Positions 1 through 13,299 of a DNA stretch of 61,136 nucleotides are shown piece by piece. The position numbers and the translations under genes are program-made. Below the pieces are notes generated by a model. It ran no database searches. It was given only the letters and a program-made list of their open reading frames with translations, and had not been told where the DNA came from. The stretch is from NCBI GenBank assembly GCA_002633005.1, contig NMRA01000834.1, positions 8,297 to 69,432 on the forward strand, given 5' to 3'. Each line of letters opens with the position of its first letter. The first letter of the stretch is position 1. This DNA is from Phoronis australis. Its lineage: Eukaryota > Animalia > Phoronida.

Positions 1-3000
1 AACGAGAGCGCTCGGAGGAGCGACACTTGGCGGAACTAATCGAAAAGACGACGATGAGGGAGACGACGACAATCAAGACGATCACGGCGGCAATTATGAA
101 TAAGACGATAACACGATAACATTCATGTGACTAGCGAAGAAATCAAATAGAGAGCAGACAATCAACTACAATAAAGAACAATAGATGGCCCAGCATGACG
201 GACGAGTCATGTCTGTTCCCACATTCTAAAATAGGTGGCGCTATGTGACAGTCTGCAAAGCAAAGTTATGTTTACAATAAGTATTTGCCCTGGAATTGTA
301 CAGTCTACAGAGAGCTATGCCACAGTAGGACACTGCTGGCTGGGTCAGTCTGGGTCAACTAGGCATAACCAAAACAAAGCCAGCCAGCTGCGTGACCGAA
401 TTGGAACAACGGTATCCGTAAATCTCAAATAAATCAAAAAGTAGACGTCGTAGCGCAAAATGGAAAATATCTTCTGAAAGCCCGTTCAAAACTCTATCTA
501 AAATGGTAGTTTGGCAAACAAGATAACATTCATGTGACTAGCGACGAAATCAAATAGAGAGCATACAATCAACTACAATAAAGAACAATAGATGGCGCCA
601 CATGACGGTCCAGTGTACAGTAGAACTGTGCTGGCTGGGTCAGTCTGGGTCAACTAGGCATGATCAAAACAAAGTGAACTGAAAGCCAGCCAGCTTCGTG
701 TGACCGAAGGAACAACGGTATCCGAAAATCTCAAATAATTCAAAAAGTAGACGTCGTAGCGCAAAATGAAAATTATCATCTGAAAGCCCGATCAAAACTC
801 TATCTAAAGTGGTAGTCTGTCAAACACGATAACATTCATGTGACTAGCGTAAAAATCAAATAGAGAGCACACAATCAACTACAATAAAGAACAATAGATG
901 GCACAACATGACGGACGAGCCATGCTTTACAGTAGGACAGTGGTGGCTGGGTCAGTCTGGGTCAACTAGGCATAACCAAAACAAAGTGAACTGAAAGCCA
1001 GCCACCTGCGCGCTTGCATAGGAACAACGGTATCCGAAAATCTCGAATAAATCAAAAAGTAGACGTCGTAGAGCAAAATGGAAAATATCTTCTGAAAGCC
1101 CGTTCAAATCTCTATCTAAAGTGGTAGTTTGTCAAAAATCCAAGAAAGTTTCGAGAAAATTGAAAATTTGCCGTTTTTTGAAATTCAAAGTCAAATAACT
1201 CGAAAACGGTAAGTCTGAGAAATACGCTCTCCCAGACTTTTAGAAAAGGCCATACTTCAAGGAATCCACATGCAAAAATTCACGTCATTTGCTCTTCCCA
1301 TAAAAATGCGACACCAGAGCGATTGAAACCGTGTGAACATGCCCCACAGCCGCCATCTTGAAAGTGATTTCCGGTTCAATAATTTTTTATAAAAGCTTAT
1401 TAAGCTCAACAAACACGGGACCAGTTTGAAAGTGATTGGTTCGCAAATGCGCCCTCTACAGGAGAAAACGTTTTTAGACATATTTCGGGGTGCGCATGCG
1501 TCACGTCCAATATTTCCGCCATCTTTAACCGGAAGTCGACGATTTTCTGTTTATTTGTAGCACATGCGCTGTAGTATATTCGTACCGATTTTCAGCTATG
1601 TAGGTCGAAAAATGCGGCCTTTACGAGCATTTGACTGCGAAATCGGATACAAAATGGCCGCCTTGTCCGCCATTTTGTATTCGATCATGACCAAAAACAA
1701 TAGGCTTCCATTACTTACAGATCTACACGTCGTGTGAAAATTTTATGAAAATCGGACGAAAATTGCGACCTGTAGAGTGCGAACAAACAAAAAAAATGAA
1801 AGAGCTCTGAGGAGCGAAACTTGGCGAAATTAACCAAAAAAAAACACGTTCGAGAGAACGAGAAAAGACGACGACAGAGATGATGACGAAGATGACAGCT
1901 ATGACGACGATGGTGGCGATAATGGACAACCCTAGTTATGATATCATTCATATAACGAATGTAGAGGTCAGAAATCACTAAAAAATAGGCTACAGTCTTG
2001 AGCGACACCTGGCGAAATTAACTGAAGAAAAGACGACGTCGGAGATGATGACGAAGATGACGAATATGATGATGGTGGTGGCCATGATGAAAAACATCAT
2101 AACATTCATATGACGAATTTAGATGTCATAAATCATTAAGAAATAGGCTGCAGTCTAGTTCAATAGAAGCTAAACCAACCTGAATGAAGCAAGAGCAGCG
2201 TTATCACAAAATCTCAAATAACTCAAAAAATTGACGTTGTAGACAAAAATGACAAGCATCTTCTGAAAGCCCGTTTAAAGTTCTATCTAAACTGATGGTA
2301 TCGCCTAATTCCGTAAATTTTTCGAAAAAAATGAAATTTTGCGTTTTTGTCAAAATTTCAAAGTCAAATAACTCGAAAACGGTAAGTCTGAGAAAAAAAT
2401 TGTTACAAGCCATTTGGAAGATAATACTTCAAAGAATCTGCATGCAAAAAATCACGTCTTTTTCTCTTCCCGTTTAAAATCGCACTCCAGACGACTGAAA
2501 ATGGGTCAATATGCGCCATATCCGCCATCTTGAAAGCAACTTCCGGTTTTTTGGCATTGTATAATAGCATGTTACAAGAAACTAATACCTGTGTAAATTC
2601 GAAGGAGTTGGTCTCATAATGCGCCCTCTAGAGGAGAAAACGTTTTTAAGCCAAAATCGGGGTGCGCATGCGCGATCGCCGATATTTCCGCCATCTTTAG
2701 CCGGAAGTAAACAATTTCCGGGATACTTGTAGCAAGCTTCAGGTCCATTCACTGTGCCGATTCTTAGCCTATTACGTAAAAAATTGTAGCCTCCAGAAGC
2801 ATTTGAACCTTTAAATGGAAACAAAATGGCCGCCACAGCCGCCATCTTGGATCCGATTTTGACGAAAAACAATAGGCTTCCAGTACTTCCGGAACAACGT
2901 GTTATGTGTAAATTTCGTGATGATCGGAAGAAATTTGCGACCTGTATCGTGCGAACAAACAAAAAAAACAAAAAAACAAACTTATTGTCAGAGCAATATA

Positions 3001-3248
3001 CTTGGCGAAATTTATTTCGCCAAGTAAAAAACTTGCTGTCAGATCAACATACTTGACGGAATTAGAAGAATTCCGCCAAGTAAAAAAACTTGCTGTCAGA
3101 TCAACATACTTGGCGGAAAAATTCCGCCAAGTAAAAAACTTGGTGGAAGAGCAACATACTTGGCGAAATAAACTTCGCCATGTAAAAAAAAAAACTTGCT
3201 GTCAGACCAACATATTTGACGGAATTCGAAGAATTCCGCCATGTAATA
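1..3248 (-). mobile_element. Tandem array of non-autonomous Helentron/DINE-1-like (HINE) units (one type A unit, one type B unit, then repeated terminal hairpins)
   Basis: On the minus strand, units begin TTTTTACTTGGCGGAA..TTCCGCCAAGTA (subterminal repeat plus inverted copy, repeated several times at about 2995-3248). They end TTCCGCCAAGTGTCGCTCCTCCGAGCGCTCTCGTT (3' subTIR, short stem-loop, CTCGTT end). Internal ~300-400 bp subrepeats lie at about 110-1140. This is the known architecture of Helentron-associated interspersed elements. No coding capacity. Confidence 0.7.
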
Positions 3249-3676
3249 ACCCCCACTGTTAATCAGCTACCAGATTAGAACACCAGCAAATGTCTGACGA
3301 TATTTAATTAGCTGATCTCGACTTGCCAGGATTTGATGGTTGATGCATAGTTCTTATAACCGGGTCAACTAAACACATCATTAGTCATCCTCCATTGTGG
3401 TTTGTGTAAAAGTCGTCATATATGATGCTGCTCGTTTTCCCGCGGTCTATAGTATACTAAAGAATGGCGAGGAGTTGCGTTTATGGTGATAGTGACAGCC
3501 CAGTACTTGAACTAGCTATGTCTCTTTTCACTTTTCCGAGGCGTGTTCTGATTGTTTCAAATGACCGGTTACTGATATGTGACAAAGTTTCACAATAATT
3601 TGTGCTAGATTTGCTGAGTTCACTGTTTATTTGTTGTTTCTGTGGCAGATACAAAAACAATATATTTACAAACTTT

Positions 3677-5411
3677 TTAGTCTTTGAAGACCTCGTAGTG
3701 CAGCAGTGTATCGAAGTTGCCGGCTTGTTTATCAAAGCAAGCCACAACCTTTGCACCGGAACACGAAGGTTTGATGAACACATCGCCACACCAGTTCTCT
3801 CCCGTCTTCGACAGGTATGTCCAATCCTCCCCAAGAATAACAGCCACCTCTACTGCACCGGCCACAGACAGCTTGAACTGTACAACCTCTTTTGCCATTA
3901 GCTGGCCGGACATTGGACATGTGAGATAACACCTATTCCACATTACGTACGCCGTAGGAAACGAGGCAGACGTGAATCGTTTCCTCCTGTTCCGGATTAG
4001 ATAGTTGAAAACATTGGGAAGCTGGTCGGTGGGATCGCCCGCTTCTTTAGCGTAAAGGTGGATTCGATACAGCCCAATGTCCCGTGGGCGGAAGAAAAGC
4101 ACGATCTCGGACGCAGTCCTATGCATGAAAGTAAAGCTCATATCCACCTCAGTCGGCTCATTGTTACCGAAAGCAAAGTCATACGTCAGATTAACGTCTT
4201 TCTCTGTGCCAAGAATGATGGTTACCGTGTCGTCTTTATCCATCTCAATGTAAGGATCTTCGTGTGATTTAGTGGTTAGGCCGAGGTCTTTATAGCCAAA
4301 TTTTTCACCCCAGTGCCCGTTAGGAACTAAAGGGAATTCCACAAGATCTTTGCTCATTTGAACGGTGTTGATGTAATACTTGCACATCTGCGAAAAGACA
4401 GAGTCACCGGCATGCTCTTCTCGAGCGTAAATGTCCAATCCATATTCTCCGTACTCTGGGAGACTAACAGTGAAATATACATGTTTACCTATAGTTCGAT
4501 GCATAGTATATGATAACAGTTTTGAGCTTGATGCCTCATTTCTCACGAGTTTTGCCACAAACTGCAGGTTTCTTGACATCAAAAACTTGATTTCTATATT
4601 ACCACCAGTAGGCGAAATTGATCCCCGCTCATGAGAAATGGCGACGACGCCATGTCGCTTGCAGTCGGCTCCAGGACCCCATTCCCCCTGAGCACATTTT
4701 GGATACGGTTGGCCATTAAATTTTTCCTTGAGGTGAACAATCTTATACTTGCAAAGGCACGAAAACGTGTGATTATTTATGTAGTTTTTTGTGTTGATCT
4801 CTTTCCCAAATACCTCGAAGTGGAATATACCAGTTGACGGCAGACGAACACCGAATGATACGTGATCTTTGTGTTTCTGCTGAAGTACAAAATTGTCTAG
4901 GCTTGTAGCGTCTTTTGAATGAGCAAGATTCTCGTCTTCGTACGTTAATAAGAATTTTATTTCGACATGCTCCAACTGATCGGGTTTAATGTCCAACCGT
5001 ATTGTTTCTTCTGTAGCAGAGAACTTAATTACGGCGACTTGGTGTGAGCGAAATTTCATTCCTAGCTTGAAGAATAACGACTTGGCCAGAGGTAGGTTGA
5101 TGAAATCTTCTAAAGTGTGGGGTTTTTTCAAAAGCTGCCATTCAGGATTTTTGGCCCAGTGGCTGTATATAAATTGATCTGGGTCCGTGAGAAAGTAATG
5201 CTCGTCATTCGTGTACGTCATGTCCCTCTTGGAACCAATACCGGCCACAACGTGCCTGGCCGCCCATTGACAGTCGACCAGTCTCCATTCCTTTTCTATG
5301 AGAACTGCACTCCATGTGTTACTGAATTCGGTCCCGTCGAACGCCATACCTGGCTGGTAGCCAGCTCCCTTACTGTATCCCGTGACGGTGACGCAGTGAA
5401 TGTAAGCGTGC
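3677..5411 (-). CDS. Hillarin/kyphoscoliosis-peptidase (KY)-like protein, last coding exon (transglutaminase-like C-half plus repeated beta-sandwich domains)
   Basis: The 556-aa ORF extends upstream to a tttcag|G acceptor at 5411 and reads HAYIHCVTVTGYSKGAGYQPGM..FSNTWSAVLIEKEWRLVDCQWAARH..DEHYFLTDPDQFIYSHW, typical of hillarin. Three repeated motifs follow (GIFHFEVFGK, GEYGLDIYAR, GLYRIHLYAK). Stop codon at 3677-3679. Confidence 0.9.
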
Positions 5412-5607
5412 CTGAAAGTGACATAACATTTTCGTTCTGAGTTTCAAAGGATTTATAAACTAGTACCTGCATTTGCTGCTCGAACCACTTTGAGGTGTAA
5501 TCATGATAAGAGAAGCACGCGTCAGGATAGGAGATAGGTCAATATCTATCAGGAATGGCAATGCACAAGACAAAAAATAAACCGGTTCTCTTTCCTGGCT
5601 ACTATAT

Positions 5608-8600
5608 TGTCACGAGGTTGTGATTGACAAATATATCCTATAGGAGCGAAACAAAAAACGTGACCCTTTAACAAAATGTCGGGACCAGGAAGCGAGCTAC
5701 GCTTGCGCACTACTTGGTGCGACACCTAGCGGCTTCCTCAAAAACTAATCAACTAATAAACGAATGTAACACTCCGACTCCCTAATTACGGAGAGTAAGT
5801 CGAAATAATTATACAACTAACTAAATCACATCATATATTTACAAACTCGATACTAAATGGCATTCTTGAGACTCACTGTCAACTAAGGCTCCTTGGCCTA
5901 GCAAACCACAAGACAGTGTTTCTAAAGAACACATTCTAAAATGTAAACACACACCAAAATATGGAATAAACGATCAAAAATCTAGTGTTCGTAAATTAAA
6001 GTCATGTAATGTCTATGAACGAAAAACAGTTTTTACGAGCTAGTCCATACAAACGTTCTTTGATCTTGACTTCAAAGGTTGACATACGCGCAACACAAGT
6101 AAATCAATGATCCATCACCACAATAAATCACACAGATCCATCACAATATAATCAACAGATCCATTACAACTTATAATGCCAAATAGACTTTTTAGCATTA
6201 TACCAAATGGTGACTGGTCTTTCATACTGCGAATTTTGTGTTTGCACAGTAGCAATACGCACTAAGCCTTTGTTGTCAGGTTTGACATCAATAATTTTGA
6301 CCAATGGGCCAGACGTTTCTTGGTGAATTATCAAACACAAGCACTATATCACCAATTTTCAAATGTCTCCTTTGCTTGAGCCATTTCTGCTTTTCTTGAA
6401 GACACAGGACATATTCTTTCTTCCACCTTGACCAAAATATGTCGCTCAAATAATGAACTTGTCTCCAACGGCGTTTCACATACATGTCGTTTTTCACAAA
6501 CACGCCTGGTGCAAACTGTTCACCGGACGGAGATGTAGACATCAACATATGATTAGGAGTCAAGGGTACTGGATCTCTGGGATCAGATGACAAAACTGTA
6601 AGTGGTCTACTGTCAAGAATGGACTCCACTTAGCAAAACAAGGTTTAAAGGCCTTCGTTGTCTAGTTTCACTGACTGCTCTTTGGTTAAACCGTACAAAA
6701 TTTTACGGACTGACCTCATCTGCCGTTCTCACAGTCCACCATGGTGACTTGCAGTAGGGGTGTTGAAGTCCCACTGTTTGCCTTCTTGTTGCAACTCAGC
6801 GTGAAGTCTGTCCTCATTCCATTCTCTGATGGCTGCTCGCAACTCTCTGTCTGCACCCATTAAGTTTGTCCCATTGTTTGACTTCATCCATTTGACAGGA
6901 CCTCTCCTGGAAATAAATCTTCTAATAGCATTAATACATGAGTCAAGATCTAATGATTTTGCTAGCTCCAAATTACAGGCACAAGATTCAAAACAAGTAA
7001 ATAGAACCCCGTAACGCTTGTAAACAGATCGACCTCGCTTGATTTCAAGAGGACCAAAGTAGTCGACTCCACACTTGGTGAATTGTTTGTGATCACCAGT
7101 GACTCTTTGAGCAGGTAAGTCGGACATTTGTTGCTCTCCCAGTCTTCCGAGGTATCTTCCACAATGAACACATCTTGACAAAATCTTCTTCACAGTCTTG
7201 CTTGGTTTCAGAATCCAAAATCTTTCACGAAGCTTGGTAAGCACTATGTTTCTTCCAGCATGGCCTAATCTTCTGTGCATATCTTGAAGTAGAAAGTACG
7301 CAACAGGATTGTCACCAGGAATAACAATGGGATGCTTGGTATCATCAGGTAAACTTGCACGAACCAATCTGCCACCTACTCTTAGCACACCGTGGTCATC
7401 TAAGAAGGGATCTAACTTCTGAACACTGGCTTTCATAGGTTGCCCGGTCAACAAGTATTTTCTCTGAACATATTTGATGATGAACATCTCGGCGGCACTT
7501 AACTCTTGCATTGTTAACTGTGACGACGCGACTTTACTACTTCTAGTCGAGGGCTGCTTTTTGTTAGCAACTGCTTGAAGAGATACTTGGCACGCAAAAC
7601 ATATGCAGACACTCTGAGAAGTTTTCCCCAGCTTGAAAACCTTTCAATGAGATTTTGGAAATCTTCATAAAAATCAAGGGGCTGCAAAACCTTGACTACT
7701 GTACTGGCTACTACTTTCACTTCAGGGTCGTCTTGGCTAAGGTCTGGAGTGATGGAAACTTTTGGCCATCCAAACTCACAGCTGTGAAGGAATTACGGAC
7801 CATGTAACCACTGTTGAACTGACTTCTCGTCTCTGCACAGGATACCTCTTCATGCTGCATCAGCGGGGTTTTCCTTGGTGCTGACGTAGTTCCATTGTTG
7901 AGGGGTAGAACCTTCCAAAATCACAACCAGTCTATTGGCGACAAAGGTTCTAAATCTTGCAGTAGTGTTCTGGATGTACTTAATTACAGATGTACTGACT
8001 GTCCAGAAATAAGTGGCATCGAATTTGATGTCAACGGCTTTCAAAATCAAATTGACAATTTTAACGGCTAGGGTAGCGGCTGTTAGCTCTGATCTTGGGA
8101 TGGTCATTTTCTTGTTTGGTGCTACTCGAGCCTTACCCATAACAAGACTACAAAAAACTTGACCATTGGAGTCTTCTAATCTACTGTAGACTGCGACACC
8201 ATAACCAACTTCGCTGGCGTCACTAAAAGCATGTAGCTGCCATGCTTTTGCATCAACATCCTTTGGCTTGAGGCTCCTTGGAATTTCAGCCTGTTGAATT
8301 ACATCAATAGTCTTCAACCAATTTTGCCAAATAACATTGTCTGACTCGGCAATCTTGTCATCCCAATCAACATTCTGCTTCAAAAGAGACTGGAGAAGGA
8401 TTTTAGCAGGCAAAACCATGGGCGCTGCTAAACCTAATGGATCATAGACTGAATGAACAGTTGACAGAATACCTCGTCTTGTTGCTGATTTCTCGGCTAA
8501 ACTAAGGTTGAAACCAAATGTATCTTTCTTTGGGTGCCAAAATACACCAGGGGTTCTTTCAGAAGGGATCGCTTGATCGGTCTTGTCTAAGTCGAGTTGA

Positions 8601-9362
8601 AAATCTTGAAGCTCCTTCGACCTCTCATCTTCAGGGATGGACTCAATTATGGCTCTACTGTTACTAGACCACTTAGTGAGATGAAAACCTCCAAGACTAC
8701 ACAAACTAGACAACTGTTTCACTCTGTCTAAACCAACACTTTCAGTGGGAACTGCCTTTAGACAGTCGTCTACATAAAAATTATTGGAAATCTTGCTACA
8801 AACTTCACTACTAAACTCAGAGGAGTGGTCAATCGCTGTCTGCTGAAGGGCAAAACTGGCACAAGCAGGGTTTCGCTGCAGATCACCATCGGGAAACCAA
8901 TAGAACTGCAAATAATCTCTATCTTTGGGCGGGACCACAACCTGATAGAACATAGACTCAACATCACTTGTGATGGCATAGGGCTCTTGGCGAAATCTAA
9001 GTAGAACGTCTAGCAGACTACTTGTCAAATTGGGACCAGGGAGAAGTAGATCATTCAATGAAACACCATTGAATCTTGCAGCAAAATCAAATACTACTCT
9101 AAGTTTCTGTTTACGCGGATGATACACGCCATGGTGGGGTATGAACCACACCTTGCCATCTTGCCTGGAATTAACTTCAGGGAGCACTTCTTCAGCGTGG
9201 CGATTCTTCAACACTTTGTCCATGAAGGCTGTATATTCAGAGTAGCTTCTTATCTGACATCAATTTGCGTCGCAAGTAACTTAACCTCTACGCGTGCGCA
9301 CTACTTGGTGCGACACTTAGAGACTTCCACAAAAACTAATCAACTAATAAACGAATGTAACA
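5608..9362 (-). mobile_element. BEL/Pao LTR retrotransposon, internally deleted (gag and protease missing), in the last intron of the hillarin-like gene
   Basis: Pol fragments are listed separately. A 75-bp LTR direct repeat at 5697-5771 and 9288-9362 has 5 mismatches and starts TGTTACA on the minus strand. A purine-rich tract (AGGGAGTCGGAG) precedes the 3' LTR. The left boundary at 5608 (tgtcacg, with atat on both flanks) is tentative. Confidence 0.9.
6170..9280 (-). pseudogene. pol: BEL/Pao pol remnant: RT, Pao RNase H, integrase and C-terminal DUF5641-like domain
   Basis: Motifs IPHHGVYHP..KLRVVFD, LLPGPNL, NFYVDD, LHAFSDASEVGYG, ENPADA, GVLRVGGRL, H..LGHAG..CVHC, GVDYFGP, PLTPNH and FWSRWKKEY. 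Broken by stops and frameshifts into ORFs 7850-9223, 7514-7720, 6729-7511 and 6288-6629. The second integrase Asp appears as N (SNNGTN). Confidence 0.92.
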
Positions 9363-9467
9363 ATATTTATTTTTCTCTTGAATATTGTCGATATATTGAA
9401 TTTCATGTTTTTGACAATATTGACCACAGAATTAATGAAAGCCTATGCATTTTTAAACTCTGCTTAC

Positions 9468-9614
9468 CGACACAGCTTCATGAACATGTGATGATAACTT
9501 TCTGAGCCGCGTTTGATATTCCTCAACATCCACATCGGCGACTGTTCAGAAATTTTACTATCATCGTCGTCCAAACCGTCCAAGTCTATAGCTATCAACC
9601 ATTTAAATATAGAC
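9468..9614 (-). CDS. Hillarin/KY-like gene, internal exon (147 bp)
   Basis: Flanked by a tttag| acceptor and a |gtaagc donor. Reads (R)SIFKWLIAIDLDGLDDDDSKISEQSPMWMLRNIKRGSESYHHMFMKLC(R), matching the hillarin ..IFRWI..GTESYHVLFKRLC segment. Phase 2-2, so it joins both neighbours in frame. Confidence 0.9.
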
Positions 9615-10619
9615 CTAAACAACAGATGAATGGTCATTTAAGCGATATAATTTGAAAGAGCTGGCTTGAGTGAAAAGTCTTGTATATGAGACATTGCTGG
9701 CTGCACTCGATTATTCACTTTACCCGCTCAGTTCCCAACGAACCCCCAATCATGAGAGGTCTACCACACAATTGTTGTTGATAGAGAGATGGTTTGGGAT
9801 CTAGGAAGCACTCTAAAGTTCTAACTGGGTTTCAGGTGACAGTGCACTGGACTTGATGCCTTTCTTCCACTCTGTCAAAAACTTTCATTTAAATGAAAAG
9901 CTGTGGGTAACTTCACATCAAAACCGCTAATCACGACCACGGAAACTTGATGCTGTCTCATATTTTGGCCTATTATCTTTCACCATAAATGAAGCCCGGC
10001 TCTAAAAAGGTGCCAAAACACAAAACTGAAATTTTCAGCCCAAAACCATGACTTCCATGCAAACGTTTAACATAAACCCACATTACAACATAAAAGCAAA
10101 TTTCCAGCCGACTCAAAAGTTCTGGTTCAAAAGTGGTGCCATCCTTCTAAATCTTTTGCAATTGTGGGTTGTTTGAGACTACCTGAAATCTCAGCATATA
10201 GCTCAATCGCTACGCAGAAATGCAATAATGGGCCAGACATGCCATTGATCTGTAACTGGAAGTTGTCATAAAGAACAACCGACGTATTAGCCGGTTGACG
10301 TGGCGGAAACGCTGAACTGAATTACGTGCAGCCAATAAAAGATTGATTTGTATGACAAAATTACATTACCTGCAATTCTGTCGATGGACTCCAATCGTCA
10401 GCATTAAACGAAAAGCTTACTCTAGTAGTTTATCATTCAGTGGCATAAATGATTTTGTAGCACTTTTTCGTCTCATTCATTTAGTAACCAATTTAAGATT
10501 CTCTGCACCTTGGCATTGACTAGCCAGATGAAATGATAGTGGTATAAACTAATTTTGCCTTTACTTTTATGGCTTGTCTCACCGTTTCAGGACGCACCTC
10601 CAGTTGTTCATCTATTTAC

Positions 10620-10702
10620 CTTACTTTATCAAGGTCATTTTGTAGATGGTCAGTCAATGCTCCGATTAAGCTGTGGTAAGTGGTGCAATTCTCAGTAACA
10701 AT
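10620..10702 (-). CDS. Hillarin/KY-like gene, internal exon (83 bp)
   Basis: Pyrimidine tract with catag| acceptor and AG|gtaaat donor. Reads IVTENCTTYHSLIGALTDHLQNDLDKV(R), matching the family ..L...LT....DLEK.R motif. Phase 0-2. Confidence 0.85.
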
Positions 10703-11167
10703 CTATGGAGAGAAAAAGAAACACGTATCAAACAGTCCATTTTATACCGTATCCTGAAGCTAGATCGCTGATGGTGAGAAGCCATCTTCAACCATCCACC
10801 GCTGCATTCTTTTGTGTTTCAGCTCATATTGTTGCTCCTACTGAACCCTTAGACTCCTTCAATATTATATGTGTGTACTAGAGACCACTATTAATACATT
10901 TTATTTTTTTCTAGGACTTTGTCACGCTGTTTCAGTAGACCATTACTAGCTACAATTCACCGACAGAGTACACTGCAACAGCGCAGCAGACTCGAGCAAA
11001 TCACGTTAAAACATTCTACGCCGCACAGTCCAACTCTTCGAACAAAATGTTCAAGACTCTCTTATATGTGCTTTCAGTGAGATGTGGAAAATGAAATGCA
11101 GATAAACAAGCCCTGACAATCATTCAGCTATCACAGAAATGTTATTTTTTAATAATAAATTACTTAC

Positions 11168-11311
11168 ATTATTGGCGTACTTGTCAACCTGTTTAAAAGC
11201 TACGTGCTTCAGAAGTACAGCTTTTTTCGTCACCGGTGGATGAGGCACTGGCTTCTTACTCGCTTCAAACGCCGCCAAACTGTCAAGGGATGCCTCCCGG
11301 CTGCACTGAGT
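11168..11311 (-). CDS. Hillarin/KY-like gene, internal exon (about 144 bp; acceptor choice ambiguous)
   Basis: Donor AAT|gtaagt. Reads TQCSREASLDSLAAFEASKKPVPHPPVTKKAVLLKHVAFKQVDKYANN. The PP..KK..F..VD..A segment precedes the transglutaminase-like domain in this family. Alternative AG acceptors lie a few bases inside. Confidence 0.8.
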
Positions 11312-13299
11312 CTTCAGAATAAAAAATAAAAGTTAACCCCGTACGGTCAAAGCGATATTTCACTGTCGATGCATTGACAAATAAGATTGTCTTTGGAACG
11401 GTATTGGCACACCACAATAACAATTAATGGATTACAACCTGTAGTGTTGTGTTCGTGAGTCTCGAATGAACCGAAATCTAGTTAATTTTTCAAGAACACA
11501 CTAAGTCGCACACCTGTTGACTGCATCCGAAATTCCAAATAACATTCACCGGGTTTGAGAGCCAATTTGTTGAAAATGCCCTATCTTTGAATTGCGTCAA
11601 TTCTAGTGTAAGTGTACCCCACTTCTAGGTTATTCTAACAAATGTAAGAGCTTCTACGCATCCCAGTTTTTCTCTGGGTATTTGCTCCTTTGAGAGGAAT
11701 GGACAAATACCCAATAAACAGGTGGGCTTACCACAAACTACATGGAAAAAGCAGATGCCGAAAGTGCACGTTCATCAAATGTGTAACAAAAATCCATGTA
11801 TTAGTGTGTCGTACAAGAACCTGTGTCCGACATAAGCCCAGCCCGGTTATTAAAGCTTCCCAACTACAAGCCCACTCAAATTTCCATTAGAAGTAAGTAA
11901 AACGGCTACGAACCCGCATTCCGTCACCACCCAGTGTGTTTTGCAGGGTATACATTAGTAGCACATCGTTTGTTTCTTGCATTATTTTTGGTTTCCGAGA
12001 GGTGTACGTGACCTTTTTCGTGCAGGGTGTTTTTTATGACTGTTTGGTATTATCGTTCAGACCCCTTTATATCGCTTTGCCGCGCCATTAGGCGGGACCT
12101 CTGTGCTGAGCTGCAGCAATATGCGTATTATTAAAAAAGCCTGGCGCGGAAAAAGGCCTTATGTTGAATATAGGCACATGGCCCGAAAGGTAGTCCCGGG
12201 GATTTAAGGCGATAAACAAAACTAGGCCCTACTTACCATATTTCTTGAAAAGGCGCCAAAGATGAAAGATACAGGTCATTAGTGGGCACAACGGTATTCC
12301 AAACTGGGTTTGCCTATGTGCGAATTAATGTATGGGCCTATGCAGAGGACATTAACAGGGTTTACACGCGAAAGCTAGGCGTACATGAGGCAACTCCTTC
12401 TTTAGCATTAGGAGTTTTGTTACCTCAACGCTTTAGCGGACTCTGACTATGTCAGAATATAGACTGACACTGTTTTTATTTGTATTGTTTTATTATGTTG
12501 TTCTGTTTGATAGGCATGACCCCTGAGTTAAGTACAGTGATGATGTAATGTTTACTACAAATTGTATGAAGTTGAATTGTGTATACAAGTTTTGCATCGC
12601 GATTCTCTGTAGCCTGATGCCTTTGAAGCGGATTCAAGTCTCTGAAAGCTTAGCAAAGTTCATGAAACATTTATCTTGTTAGCAGATTCCTCTCATACAC
12701 TATGCATGTAATAGAGCGACTGCAACCATACTAGCTTTCCCGCCAGTACACGAAAGCCTATGCCGGAAGTCTCGTGTGGGATCATTCATTGGCTGTTAAA
12801 GAAATAGCAGTCAACGAATGATTCATCCACACGGAGATAGGACAGCAGCCACTCACAGTGTAGTTAGTGTGTCATGTAGATTTATAACCTCGCGCGATTT
12901 CCGGTCGAGTATCTTGGTGCAGTAAGAAAGCAAGGGGTTACATTCTCTTAAGTACATATATGGTGCGTGAGAGTTTTGTTACAAAAACCGAGATAAGATC
13001 CCGTCGCAGTGTTAATGCCGCCATGTTTTATAGAGTCATGGACAGCGAAAGCTCGTAAAAATCTCTAAAACAATTCCTGATGAAAGTGCCAACTCCCAAA
13101 ATCTATTACAGAGTAATTCACTTTCCCTGTGAGGAAATTTAAAAAAAATCACAAAATCTACGATTTTTAAAATACGCGCGAATGAAAAACTCTGTGGTTA
13201 CTACAGAGTTTCTATTCTCCCTCCCATTCATGATAAATGCGCTCGCAGTCAGATGCTTGAAGAAGCTTTAGGTCAAAAGTCACCTTTTCCATATTAGGG

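Noticed and set aside
2995-3248. CRISPR-like array of palindromic repeats
   Set aside because: The intervening sequences are themselves near-identical, there are no cas genes, the context is eukaryotic, and the motif is the HINE terminus.
5345-5347. ATG at 5347 as the start of a 556-aa single-exon gene
   Set aside because: The frame and family similarity continue to the splice acceptor at 5411, and matching upstream exons exist.
3481-5440. Short ORFs overlapping the large hillarin exon
   Set aside because: Antisense or alternate-frame shadows of a real coding exon.
9119-9505. 128-aa plus-strand ORF
   Set aside because: It spans antisense pol, the LTR fragment, intron and an antisense host exon, so it is not a coherent gene.
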